A DNA stretch of 64,000 nt. It comes from Octopus bimaculoides (taxonomy: Eukaryota). The DNA is taken from the NCBI RefSeq assembly GCF_001194135.2, contig NC_068981.1, forward strand, positions 150,723,810 through 150,787,809, read 5' to 3'. Of this stretch, positions 50,261-63,420 are shown piece after piece. Every line of letters starts with the position of its first letter. Position 1 is the first letter of the stretch. Made by a program: the position numbers and the translations under genes. Below the pieces are notes generated by a model that was not told the DNA's origin, ran no database searches, and saw only the letters and a list, made by a program, of their open reading frames with translations.

Positions 50261-50739
50261 CTAATACTATAGACCTGCTAATTAACATGCTGATCTGTAC
50301 TACAGTTCTACCACCTCTGACTAACACACTACAACCATTAATTTATATTCTTCATCCACTAGCCTACCGAAGCAGTTTCTCTTGGTATATTCTATAACTA
50401 CTACAATAATCAATCACCAACCATTTGAACTAAGAAGCTGCGGTCCATCACCAGATGCAAGCACTCTCTTCCTCTTGTCATCCCTACTATGTCTAACAAT
50501 GCCAACCACCAGGAAATACTTTTCTCAATCATTCCTTCTCAGAGCTGCAGCCCCATGAAAATCTTTCCCCTGTTTATATTGTTAACTAACTTCAAATTAG
50601 ACCAGGCCAAGTAAACATATAATCAGAAGTATTCCACTTATGAACATAAACTGCTTCGATAAAAGGTGGTGCCTAGGTAGGGGGTGTGATATGAAAGAGA
50701 TTTAGTTGCTATTTCTCCAAACTTAAAAATTGGCGGAGG

Positions 50740-50881
50740 CGTGGTTGTATGATAAGCTTGCTTCCCAACTATGTTTCCAGGTTCAGTATTACTGAGTGGT
50801 ACCTCAGGCAAGTGCCTTCTACTCAGAACAACCAAAGCCTTGGGAGTGGATTTGGTAGATGGAAACCGAAAGGAGCCTATC

Positions 50882-50913
<32 letters not shown>

Positions 50914-50944
50914 GTNNNNNNNNNNNNNNNNNNNNNNNNNTATG

Positions 50945-50984
<40 letters not shown>

Positions 50985-51210
50985 CGTATCTGTGTGCATG
51001 TGTCTATATCTGTTTGTCCTCCACCACCACTTGACAACTGGTGTTGATGTGTATACATCCCTGTAACTTAACAGTTCAGCAAATGAGGCCAACAGGATAA
51101 GTACCAGGCTTAAAAATGTACTAGGGTTGATTCATTTGACTAAAAGCTCTTTAAGGTGGTGCCCAGCAAGGCCACAGTCTAATGACTGAAACAAGTAAAA
51201 AGCAAAAGAT
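50740..51210 (+). mobile_element. SINE family A with expanded internal (TA)n and a gap
   Basis: Head, core and tail motifs. Confidence 0.85.
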
Positions 51211-53269
51211 AACTACACAGCAGTTCTCATTATTGGCTTGTTCCAGGTCAGGTTTTATCCACAGCCATCAACTGACAAAAGTACAAGGTGAACTTATATC
51301 AACCGCCCTTATTAGAGGAGGACTTTGAAAGGCTTTTAAGACATATTTCATCTCCAATCATATAATTTTTAAAAAATACACAATCGTCATTTTTATGTCC
51401 ACCTTTCAAAGCTAGCATGAGTTGGACTGAAATTTTTGAGGTGGTGTTTTTATAGCTACATATTCTTCCTGACACCAACTTTTTTAGTCACCTTCTATGA
51501 CACAAGGAAATCATGTACTTATTCTAAACATGAAGATACATAGAATCAATAATCTTTTTTAATTAGAGTTGTAGCTTCCTGTCTTAAACATCCTGTTAGC
51601 GTTTGGATGGTTGCTATATTGGAAGACAGCACCTGAGCAGCTTAGATGACAAGTTTCAAGTTTATAATTTTAGAGTCAGAAAAGTTCATATCAAATTGTT
51701 ATAAACCAAAAAAACGAGGCAAAAGTAAAATAAAACCGTATGCTCTTGTATATTTATTTATTATTTTTTTACTAAATTAATTGTTCAATATTCATACTTG
51801 TGGTTATATACAAACTTAAGATGGTTTAACTGTCTAACAGATTCCATAACAAAGCAAGAATGGTCCACAAACTAACAGCCTCTTTCCAGTGAAATAGAGA
51901 ATTAATCAAGTACAATTTACCACTTTATGCTTTGGCTTCAGAAATTTAAATGTAAAATAAACCAAAAAAAAAAAAAAGAATAATAAAGGATAAATAGAAA
52001 AATGTAAAAATAAAGCCTAACAAAAAAGATGGGGGGGGAAAAAACACTAAAATAGTTTTTAGATCTATTTTTATTGTTATTTACCAGTTAATATAAATTT
52101 TTATGTTGTTTCTTTTCTTTGTTAAATAAGGAAGAAAAATAAAATAAAATTTTACAGAGCTTTTGTGAAGGAGATAAGCAGTGGTATACAATTAGATGAA
52201 GTTGATTGCAAATAAAAGATGTAGCTGAATGGGAGAAGAGCATTATATTCAATGTAGACAATAGCTAGCTGTATCATTGCAAAAACTTGTGTCAGAATCA
52301 GAGAGAGAGGGGGGGAGAAGAGAGAGAGAGGGGGAGTGAGAGAAGAAAAGAGATAGGGGGTGAGAGAAGAAAAGAGAGAGGGGGGAGAGAGCAGAAAAGA
52401 GAGAAGGAGGGAGGGAGAGACATGGGGGTGGGGGTGAAAAGAGAAAAAAAAAAAGCAAGGGAAAGAAACATGCCACAATTCAAAAGACATTGAAGAATTT
52501 GATGCTGAATAAATTTCAAAGGGAGTCTATTGTGTTCAGGACTGAAAACAATTTATTGTGGGGAGAAATGAAAGCAGAGTTAAGTTTGAAAACAGAAGTC
52601 AATATGACATAGCAACTTGATGTTGCCTCTTAGGATTCTTAAGACAGACAAGTATTGTTACAAATATAGGTGGGGCAAATACAAGGGAAAGTGTTACCTT
52701 ATATAACAACAATGATAGTAAAAACTATGTTTATAATCTTAGATCTATTTATTTATTTATTTATTTTTTTTGCATTTGAAAACCTTGTTCCATTTCAAAA
52801 ACTGTTAGTAACTACAAACTATTGTTACCTTTTCACAATTTAATTTACCTTACTTTGTGTGTGTGTGTGTGAGTGTTGTATTTTTATTGAATTTTCTCAA
52901 TTTTCTTTTTAATCTGTAACAGGTTGCATGCAGAGGCTGCTGTGCAACAGATTGTCATCCCCTACTAAACAAATTCCATATCAGCATCCATCCAGTGGTA
53001 GATGCCTTCCTTGACAATGTAAGATTCTGCAACTAAATCACACATACACACATACACATGCACACACACATATATATATTTATATATATATATACATACA
53101 CACACACATATATGCACAAACATTTGCACACACACACATATATACATACACACACACACACACACATATATGCACAAACATTTGCACACACATGCACACA
53201 CACCCATACACACCCACACGCAAGCTACTGGAAGATGAAAGATCATTTAATATGATGAAAGTTCCAAGA

Positions 53270-54480
53270 AAGATTACCTGGTGCGTATGACAAGAAGTAT
53301 CATAAAACACTTAGGGCATCGAGAAAAATTAGATTATATGAAATAACCTACTGCACTCCACTGACTAATTATGCGGTTGGGGGTAAGGTTCCAGCAAGAC
53401 ATGGGATGATTGAAAGAAAGACATGAACAAGAAACAATATCAGGTAAAAAGAAAGCTAGAATGGCAGGTATATGTAGCAAGGAGAAAAGCTAAAAGTAAG
53501 AGGTTTGTTGATGTTTTGCAAAAAGACGACCAGTGGTGTGAAATGCCCCAGCTAAATAATACATCTGTGTAAATCAAGACATTGTTGGAAATGAAATAAG
53601 AGTAGCACACTTGCCCTAACAAACACTGCTGAGAGAGAGAAACAAGTTGCTACAATGTTACATGTTACTAGAAAAGGGTACAGAATGAAGAGAATGTGTG
53701 GGCAAGGGTTTGTCCAAAGGAACAGTGGAACAGCTATTAAAGGTGACAATTATGTGGTTAAAAGTGTAATTAACAATACAATGGCAATAAAAGCAACTGT
53801 ACTATCAGGATAGTTACTGAGATGTTGAAAATATCTGGTGAAGCAGGATGTGCATTGATCATTCACATAATGAGTTAGGTGGCCAGGGAAGTATCATCAT
53901 TAAGTGCTACAAGGGCAAAGGAGATGTACAAAAAACAAGCAACTGCTGAGGCATCAAATTATCAGGTTATGAAAGAAACAGAAAGTATTATAATATCTCA
54001 TTAAAAAGAAAATTCATTTAGATGAAATGCAGTCTGGATTTGTGCCAAGATGGGTACCACGAATGTCTCTTTCTAATGACACAAGGAGAGTCTCACCTTA
54101 GAGTAAACCAGCTATGTTATGCATTAACTGATCCAGGAAAGGCGTCACTAAAAAAAAAAAAAAGCAAATGTACCAAAATGGCCTGCAAGAGGCCCAGAAG
54201 CTATGTACAGAGATGTCAACCAGCAAAGTGAGAGTTTGCAATAAGTTCTGAAAATTTAGCATGCAGGAAAAGCTCAGTTTTAAGGCCCTTTTCTTGCTTA
54301 TTATAGGTCTTCAGGTCATAATAGAGGAATTTAAGACCAGCAGTATTAAAGGAATCAGATGTAGCATACAGAAAAGATTACACTACAAAGGGCATGTGAT
54401 GCATATGGAGGGTGAAAACTGTAAAGCTGACTCAAGTGAAAGAAACTTGTGGGAAAGGAAGATTGAAGATGTGTGAGATA
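53270..54480 (+). mobile_element. Old RTE LINE fragment covering the pre-RT region, RT motifs and a C-terminal piece
   Basis: WQVYVARRKAKSKRFVDVL..EMLKISGEAG..SIIIKCYKGKGD..LDEMQSGFVP..LCYALTDPGKA..RLHYKGHVMHMEGE. Confidence 0.8.
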
Positions 54481-56779
54481 ACAAAAGATAGTCTCAGGAG
54501 GCTCAGCTTTTTGTCGGAGACAAGAAAAGACCAGTACAAATGCTGAAACTGTTTACAAAAGTTCTAACACATGCAAGCATAGGAAAAACGGATGTTGCTC
54601 AAGACCAAGTCAGTCCTGTTCCTGCAGACCTCGTTTTCAGTAATGACCATCTTGTCTTTTTTCCAAGGTACAATGCATCTAGGACTATACTGTCCAATGT
54701 ATTCAATCTTTTCTGCAACAGTAAGGGTAGCTATTTTGAAGATTTGGTTGCTATTTCTAGCTTGAAACTGATCGTGCAGAGGCCTCCCTTGCTGGCTTGA
54801 TATTGTTATTGCTGCTGTTGTTATTGTTGAGCTCATATTGCTGATTATGAAACTCCAATTGCTTCACTTGTATTTTCGCAAAACACAAGACTTTGTAATA
54901 TTGCCAGAATCAACAGCACAAATATTTCTATGAACATCCTATTAAAATTAATTGACTTTAAACCTCATTATTCACATCAGCACCCATTAAAACATTTTAA
55001 TGATTGTTGGAATAATCAGTAAAATGATAAAAACAATTACTTCTTTCAAATTTGAAGAGAGAAGAGTGGCAGAAATGGTAAAGGACCAAATGAAATATTC
55101 TTCTGCATTAAGAGTTCAAATCCCATCAAAACTGAATTTGACTTTCATCACTCAAGGGTTAACAAAACATGTACCAGGCATATACTGACATTGCTTCAAA
55201 TAACTATAACACACTCTTATAAATCTATAAGTTTATATCAAACAGAAATCCTTACTTCAAGTTCCTAAGAGCAGTGAGTGGTCAGAAATGGTGAGGTGTC
55301 AAACATGGAGTTAAAGAAATAAGTAACAGCACCAATAATAAGCTGAATTTGACTCAATTAATTATACTTCTTTGTCTCTGCATTGTAACCTAATAAAAAT
55401 AATCTATTATTTTTATCTTCATAGCAGAAGTTGCTTGTCAAATTACAAAACAAACAGAAAGGACTAATGTTTTGTAGGACTCAATATATATTTATATAAA
55501 ACAACTAAAGATGAGCAACAGCATTTTACACCCACTTTCCATGACAGCATGGGCTGGATGGATAGGCACAGTCTGAATCAGTTCATATTTGGAATTATTG
55601 CATTCCAGAAAGGTCAAAGACCTTACATTTCACTGGTATGTTCCACTTAGGAAAAACATCCATTCATACAAATTTTACCAAATATCAACCACTTTACAGG
55701 GTGCACTGGATGCATTTTATCATAGCAGCAACACTAGAAAGTTTGTCATTCCCTTGAAGCTAAAGGGCCCTCATGAACATTCAATGTCTCTGCTCATTTG
55801 TCGAGCCCTTTAAAGATGGTACTTGGGTACATTTTACCATGGTACCAGCACTAGTGATGTTGCCTTCAGCCTCACTCCTATCAGAAAACTAAAGAGCACT
55901 CTACGGTGCCTCTGTTCATTCAATTTTTAGATAGAGGTTACAGGCATATGGAAATTGTATGATCAATATACTAGATAATTTGACTATTGGGTCATTGATT
56001 TAAACCTGACTGCAGCAAGTATGGCATTTCCCACTTAAGTTAAAAGCTACAAAAATTTAAAATTTATAATGGCTTGGAGTAGGCAGCAATATCATATTCA
56101 AAGTAAATTCAACAAACCCTCATGAACATGCAAAGCCAGAACCAAAATGAGGCTTTAACAATGTTAAACATTCCATCTTCCAAATAATGTGCTGATTGAA
56201 TCACATGAAATAAACTACTGAATTAATGAAGTTTGAATATCTCTATACACAACATGTAACCTTTCCAAGACATTATTATTCAACAACTTGTAAGAAGCTG
56301 ACATAAGTTTTAATAACAACCTACTAAATAACTCCATCGTGAATAAAGAAGAAAACTTTTGTAAAGCAAAGTAGATCAAAAGGTTAGGGGTAGGTAGCAA
56401 TGGAATGCATTACTTATGGGAGAGAGCAGTCAGAGATTATTATGTAGCCTGGAACACAGAGATTATTATGTAGACTGGCTCCTTGACTGGGGTTGGCTTG
56501 TGGCTAAACAACAATATGTGTAACAAATTTTAGAAAGGATATTTTTTCTTCCTTTGTCATCCGTTATATTATAAAGGCTTATCATTAACAACCAAGTTAT
56601 TTGACATATCACTAATATTTTTTAAAAAGGCTTGAATGCTACAAAATCTCTCTTTCAGCTTTGTTGACAGAAAAATAACTTCCTAATTTGTTACGTAGAA
56701 ACAAAGTTAGCTAACACTGGAAGTAAAAGTCACAACAGTCAGCTGTTTCTGTTTGTAGTGCACTGACTTAACTGTGTTA

Positions 56780-56900
56780 GAGGCAGCAACAACTGCGGTG
56801 GTGATGGGGAGGGTGATGTGGTCGATGACGGTGGTGGTGGTGGTGGAGGTAGTAGTGGTGGTGGTGGAGGTAGTGGTGGTGGTGGTGGTGATGGTGGTTG
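56780..56900. repeat. (GGT)n-rich triplet tract
   Basis: Direct reading of the sequence. Confidence 0.9.
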
Positions 56901-57744
56901 TTATGACAGTTGTGGCTGCTGTTTAACCTCAGGTTCAACAATGATCCAAGAGACATATGATCAAAAGATACTTCATTAGTTGTATGGTAGTGGTAGCAGC
57001 CACTAGTGAAGATGGTGGTTATTGGTGGTGGCGGTGGTGGTAGAAGCTACAGTGATGATAGCAGCTACAATTGGTGGTGGTTGAAAAAGCCATTAATAAT
57101 TTAGTGATGAGTAACATAGACAAAGCTTTTAATGATAAATCTATAAAAAGAAGAAATCTTCATTTACATAAGTGTTGTAGATTGATTTTTTACCTACTGA
57201 CAAGCAAAGTTTACAATATCATATTCATTTAGACAGAATAGCTTGCCTTTAACACTATATATAGAGATGACTTTTTTCAGTGGTGATAATTTATCACCCT
57301 TTACAAATTATAGGTTTACGTTCATTCTCTTTCTCCACATTTTCAAGGATATTTTCAAGGTTTTTTTTTTTCTGTTCCTATCCCCCTAGGCTTTAGTCAC
57401 TAGTGAATTTAATTAGTATAGAGGAAGAGGTGCAAGTTCAATCCTTATAGTGGTTGTTCTTCAAAGTATCTGTATCTATGGTGCAAATGCTTTAAGACAG
57501 TGTAAGTACATTCAAAATACACAAGGCTTCCAGAACTACAGTCTATCATTTTACCACTTTTGAGGACTTTATATGCATGTATATAATTCTGGTTTCAGTT
57601 TTGAAATTTTTCCATCAACAGAAAAAAAAAAAAAAAGTCTCCAATCCAGAAACAAGGTTCTTTCACTGAAATTTCGAAAACATCNNNNNNNNNNNNNNNN
57701 NNNNNNNNNNNNNNNNNNNNNNNNNNNNNNNNNNNNNNNNNNNN

Positions 57745-58265
57745 GTGTGTGTGTGTGTGTGTGTGTGTGCTTGTGTGTGCATGTGCGTGTGCTTGTGTGT
57801 GTGCTTGTGTGTGCGTGTGTGTGTGTGTGTGTGTATGTGTGAGTGAGTGAGTGAGTGAGTGTGTTGTGAGGTTGTGAATGTGTGTGAGTTTGTATGCATG
57901 CGTGAGAGATTGTATGCATGCATGAGAGATTGTGTGTATGCGTGAGATTGTGTGCATGCGTGAGAGATTGTGAGCGTGCGTGAGAGATTGTGTGCGTGCA
58001 TGAGAGTTTGTGTGCGTGCGTGAGAGTTTGTGTGCATGCGTGCGTGAGAGTTTGTGTGCATGCGTGAGTTTGTGTGCATGCGTGAGAGTTTGTGTGCATG
58101 CGTGAGAGTGTGTGCGTGCATGAGAGTTTGCGTGTGCATGAGAGTTTGTGTGTGCGTGAGAGTTTGTGTGTGCGTGAGAGTTAGTGTGTGAGAGAGTTTG
58201 TATGTGAGTGAATGAGTGTGAAGGGGTGAGTAAGTGTGTATGTGGGTGAGTATGTGTGTAGGCAT
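57745..58265. repeat. (TG)n grading into a ~20-bp minisatellite (tgcgtgagagtttgtgtgca)
   Basis: More than 10 recognisable units at 57880-58200. Confidence 0.9.
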
Positions 58266-58618
58266 GAATGCATGTCATTGTAAGAGTGAATCTGTATGTT
58301 TTGGCTTATGTATGCATACATACACATTTGCTTCTATGTCATACATGCATGTATATACCTACTACATATGTAAAACATCTGGAATGTTTTACATGTTTTT
58401 ACAATTACATTAATGGCTTGTAATTGCAATTTTCTAATTAGCCATGTCCTTTCTGTCTGTAAGGTTCAGCTTCTCAAAATTAGTTCTGGTGCATTTTGTT
58501 ACATAATAGAGTGCTCCAATAAACAGTTATAAAGTTATGCATATATACATGAATGAATGAGAATGAATGAATGCATATGTTTATGGTCATATGTATGTAT
58601 AAACGTATGTATGAACAG

Positions 58619-58649
<31 letters not shown>

Positions 58650-59759
58650 TGGACAGATATGTGTGTGTGTGTGTGTGTGCATGTGTGCGTGCGTGTATGT
58701 ATACATATACATGTGTCTATGAATGTATCTTTTTCTTTTTTATTATTTGAATTCTTCCTTCAAAGAGGAAGCTGGTTTCTAACAAAGTGAAGTTCCATTG
58801 CTGAAATTTGGATAACTACAATAAGTGTTACATGTTGAATTTTAGAAAAGTCATGTATATTTTTACAACACTACCTACAGACTGAATGAATATATGTATG
58901 GGAAGGAGAAATAAATGGATTCTCAGATGGATAATGAATGGATGTGTGTTGAAGTAAAATGCCCTTACAAGCAAGATACTAGACTATCACTTAAAAATTT
59001 GTCAGTTCAAACCCACAGTAAGCATTTTGTGCTTTCATGCTTTTATGAAGGACAATTTATTTTACATTACCTCAATGCACTTAACTATCGGAAATAAATA
59101 TTAGACTATTTAGAAAAGGGTTTATTATAACACTATATGGAATAAATGAGCATATATTCTCATATTTCAATATATGCACCTATATATGTGTATTAGTGTG
59201 TAGATATGTCTCAATGTGTATATGAGAGAAAGAGAGAATGTGCATGGGAGTGTGTGCAGGCATGCCTGGGTGGTTAAGGAGTTCACTTAGCAATCACAAC
59301 ATTCAGGTTCAGTCCCACTGCATGGCATCTTGAGCATGCACTTTTACTATAATCTAAACCCAAATTTTATTGCCAGATGTATTGCACCCACAGTCTACAC
59401 ACTTACCCTTGTCATACATTATGTTTCACAGACACCATAAGAAATAACTTTAAGAGTACAAATATCAGCCACTTACACATTGATATCTAAGTCACGTAGT
59501 TGATAAAACAACTGAATATGCATTGTTGATCCCAATGGCGTATCCCTCATCACATATGTGAATATCAGAGTGTCTGTGCATATTGTTGCTTTTTATCAAA
59601 TATACTTTGATAAAAAAAAATTGACAAGAGGACACTGCAAATATTCATCAGATAAGATTTATTCGATATCATCTTGTGTCTAAGCTGATGGTCAAACTCT
59701 GTCTCAAGCCACAAGCCTTTTTGGTTAGTTTCTATGGTATTTACATAACTGAACATACA

Positions 59760-59940
59760 AAATTCTCCCCCATCAACAGGACACCAGTCTGTTGGAAGAC
59801 TGATCAGTTAATGCCTGAGCTATCACTTGTAATGCTTTTCAGCTGAGTGAACTGAAACCACATGAAATGAAGCGTCTTGCCTAAGGATACAACACGCTGT
59901 CCACTTTGAGAACTAACCTCATGACCTAATATCTGTGAGC
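59760..59940 (-). mobile_element. SINE family D, diverged
   Basis: cagctgagtgaactgaaac..gaaatgaagcgtcttgcc. Confidence 0.65.
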
Positions 59941-61500
59941 CCAACACTAAAACCACCACGTGAAACATCTTCACAAACTTATGGATAGGTAAGACTTAAA
60001 TAAATTTAAATAGGGTTGGTATCAAAGAGGGGCATCCAGCCAAAGAAACCATGCTGAAGTTGACAAAAGAACTCAATGCAGCTTCATAGCTAACCAGATC
60101 CTGTCTGTCAAACCATCCAACCCATACCTGCATGGAAAACAGACATTAAATGATGATGAAGTGTTTGGTGGGTCATTTAGAGTGATCATCAATTGCTGGA
60201 ATGTGTGTCCAAAAAGATGTGTTGGTTAAATTTATGGCGCAAGCATTTGGCACTATGACCAATGTATTGAATGTGGTTACTGATGGCTTTGTTAATGCAT
60301 ACATCTGGTCAAAGTCTACAATGTAAAGAAAACACTGAGAAAACAAATATCATGATGACAAGATGATTATCAAGGTCTAATGGCATCATTGTTGTTTAGC
60401 TCCAGATCTCCCCAATCAGAGCTGACCTGGGGCTTACACAACAATGACCATATAGGATAGTAAGGCGTGATTTAATTAAATCTGGCTGCTATTTCTAGCT
60501 GATTGAACAATTAATTATGATGATTATAACGATGTTGTTGTTATTGTCGTTTGCACCTAGCTGAAACATATAAGACAGTAAGGTATGATTTAAAGAGATC
60601 TGGCAGCTATTTTTAGCTGGTTGAACAATCATGTATTAGGTCCCTGGTTGATGTCAAGAGTAATAGTGTTGTTGATGATGATGTATCACTGATAATGATA
60701 ATGTCACTACTGCTGCTCCTGCTGATAATGATGATGTCACTGATGATGATGAGATGATATAATGGTTGAAACGTTATCAATTTCCCAATAGTCAAACCAA
60801 CGACCACCCAGAGACAAATTACAGTAACTCTTTTGCTCTTCAGTTATCCCTTGCAATCTAAGCTTTCAGATGGACAAGAAGTCTGGCTGTTAAAAGGAAC
60901 AGATGGGAAGCTATACCCTTGATTAACCACATGAGAGCCCTGTCATTGAGAACAGATGCTGAGAAAGTACTTAGGTACACTAAATACACATGCAGCATTG
61001 GCAGCAAAACTGAAAACAAAACAAGCTTCTTGTTTTTTTAATCGTACGCATACAAATACATACGGATGTATGCATGTAGAATTCCAAGGCCATGTGGATA
61101 TTACCAAAGGACATCCTATCTATAAAGGAGATCAGTTTTAGTAAAATCAATTTGTTAGTGGTTGTGGTAATGGCGGTGGTGTTGCTTAAATGATGGTTGC
61201 CACCAAACAGATAAACATCACTAAAATATACACAAGGGTATTGCCATTAACTAAATAGTGCACAGCTAGAAGCAATATAAACAGACATTAAAGAATCAAT
61301 ACCTTTAAATTAACACACATATACACACACAAATAAAATTATATATATATATATATATATATAAATTATAGGGTGGCAAAGAAAATTTTAGAAATTTTAT
61401 TTACCACCAGTGGCCTAGCGAGAGTAAAAACAGTCAATAGACTATGTATTATTCATTAGAAATGCAGAGACGCCTATAATAGGACATCTACTCGCTAGAA

Positions 61501-61630
61501 ATAGCAGCAAAAATACTACATACCACAAAAGTTAGGGATAATTTCGAAAGGAAATGAAAAATAAAAACTTTTACCAACTTTTACCGAAATTATCCCTAAC
61601 TTTTGTGGTATGTAGTATTTTTGCTGCTAT
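61501..61630. repeat. Perfect 46-bp inverted repeat abutting a gap
   Basis: 61501-61546 is the exact reverse complement of 61585-61630. Confidence 0.9.
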
Positions 61631-62781
61631 NNNNNNNNNNNNNNNNNNNNNNNNNNNNNNNNNNNNNNNNNNNNNNNNNNNNNNNNNNNNNNNNNNNNNN
61701 NNNNNNNNNNNNNNNNNNNNNNNNNNNNNNNNNNNNNNNNNNNNNNNNNNNNNNNNNNNNNNNNNNNNNNNNNNNNNNNNNNNNNNNNNNNNNNNNNNNN
61801 NNNNNNNNNNNNNNNNNNNNNNNNNNNNNNNNNNNNNNNNNNNNNNNNNNNNNNNNNNNNNNNNNNNNNNNNNNNNNNNNNNNNNNNNNNNNNNNNNNNN
61901 NNNNNNNNNNNNNNNNNNNNNNNNNNNNNNNNNNNNNNNNNNNNNNNNNNNNNNNNNNNNNNNNNNNNNNNNNNNNNNNNNNNNNNNNNNNNNNNNNNNN
62001 NNNNNNNNNNNNNNNNNNNNNNNNNNNNNNNNNNNNNNNNNNNNNNNNNNNNNNNNNNNNNNNNNNNNNNNNNNNNNNNNNNNNNNNNNNNNNNNNNNNN
62101 NNNNNNNNNNNNNNNNNNNNNNNNNNNNNNNNNNNNNNNNNNNNNNNNNNNNNNNNNNNNNNNNNNNNNNNNNNNNNNNNNNNNNNNNNNNNNNNNNNNN
62201 NNNNNNNNNNNNNNNNNNNNNNNNNNNNNNNNNNNNNNNNNNNNNNNNNNNNNNNNNNNNNNNNNNNNNNNNNNNNNNNNNNNNNNNNNNNNNNNNNNNN
62301 NNNNNNNNNNNNNNNNNNNNNNNNNNNNNNNNNNNNNNNNNNNNNNNNNNNNNNNNNNNNNNNNNNNNNNNNNNNNNNNNNNNNNNNNNNNNNNNNNNNN
62401 NNAGACCTGACCCAAATGTGTGCAACAGAGTAGCAGCATAGTTATACTGTTAATAAGTTTGTTTTACGACTAAATGATTTTATGTTCATTTCCACTGTAT
62501 TGTACTTTGGATAACTGTCCTTATCAAAGTCTCATGCATGTAACCAAAGACCACAGGTGAACTTACATGCCTACTGAAAATCCAAACATGAACTCTACAC
62601 CTCAACAGCAAATGATTGCTATGGCTATTGGCTGACAATTGGATGTGGTCAGCATTCATGAGGAATATGGTGAACTTTTTGTTTGGAGCCAGATCAACCC
62701 ATCTTGGATGAATATTGCCCTTTTCCTTTTACCTTTTCCTCAATGCAGCGAAAGCCTTGTATGTAAAATTTGGGACACTAT

Positions 62782-62975
62782 TTAACCCCTTAGCATTTAA
62801 ACCGGCTACATCTGGCCAAAATATACCCCTGTTTTATGTTCAAACTGGCCAGATCTAATCTCTCACACATATGCTACAATGTCATTCTAAATATAAACAA
62901 TAACATCATCAAAATCTCAAATCTATGGGATAGTATATGATTAATTCAAAATAATATGAATAAATAAGCTTTATG
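62782..62975 (+). mobile_element. piggyBac-type MITE, right end missing
   Basis: TTAA ccccttagcatttaaaccggc; collinear with 7964-8188. Confidence 0.8.
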
Positions 62976-63015
62976 TTATGATATGGTGTTTTCCACAGTT
63001 ATAATATGTGGCCAC

Positions 63016-63315
63016 TGTTGTGAGTGTAGCCACGATATTTTCTTAGTATCAGATACAGTGTATCTCTTCTATTCTGGAATGGTAATACACCACTTCATCT
63101 ATCGTGCTAGACACCAAATTTGAACTGACTACCTTGACTGTAATTCGAACTCGACTATAACACATAACTAACACTTAACTCCAACTGAGAACTTGTACGA
63201 CGACTCTACAACAACTGACGCACAACTCCCTGTACTGGTTGACATAGTCTCGCTTTATAGTGGCTGACTCATACCACTTATCCTGTGGGAGGGGGGTACC
63301 ATTTCCACTACAACA
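63016..63315 (-). mobile_element. 3' LTR (300 bp) of an LTR retrotransposon, with polypurine tract at 63316-63326
   Basis: Termini TGTTGTAGTG...CACTCACAACA on the minus strand, PPT aaaaggggaga immediately upstream, internal TATAAAG. Confidence 0.75.
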
Positions 63316-63420
63316 TCTCCCCTTTTAGTTTTTGCTTTTGGGGAAGCAAGTAATTTTATTTTACTTTATTGACCCCCCACCTCCCTTTCAGTTCTTTCTT
63401 TTTTTTATTTGTACAAATTA

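Noticed and set aside
61554-62441. ORFs of 270-295 aa (also 2801-3367, 19064-19823, 22135-22561, 33497-34048)
   Set aside because: They are open only because they span N gaps.
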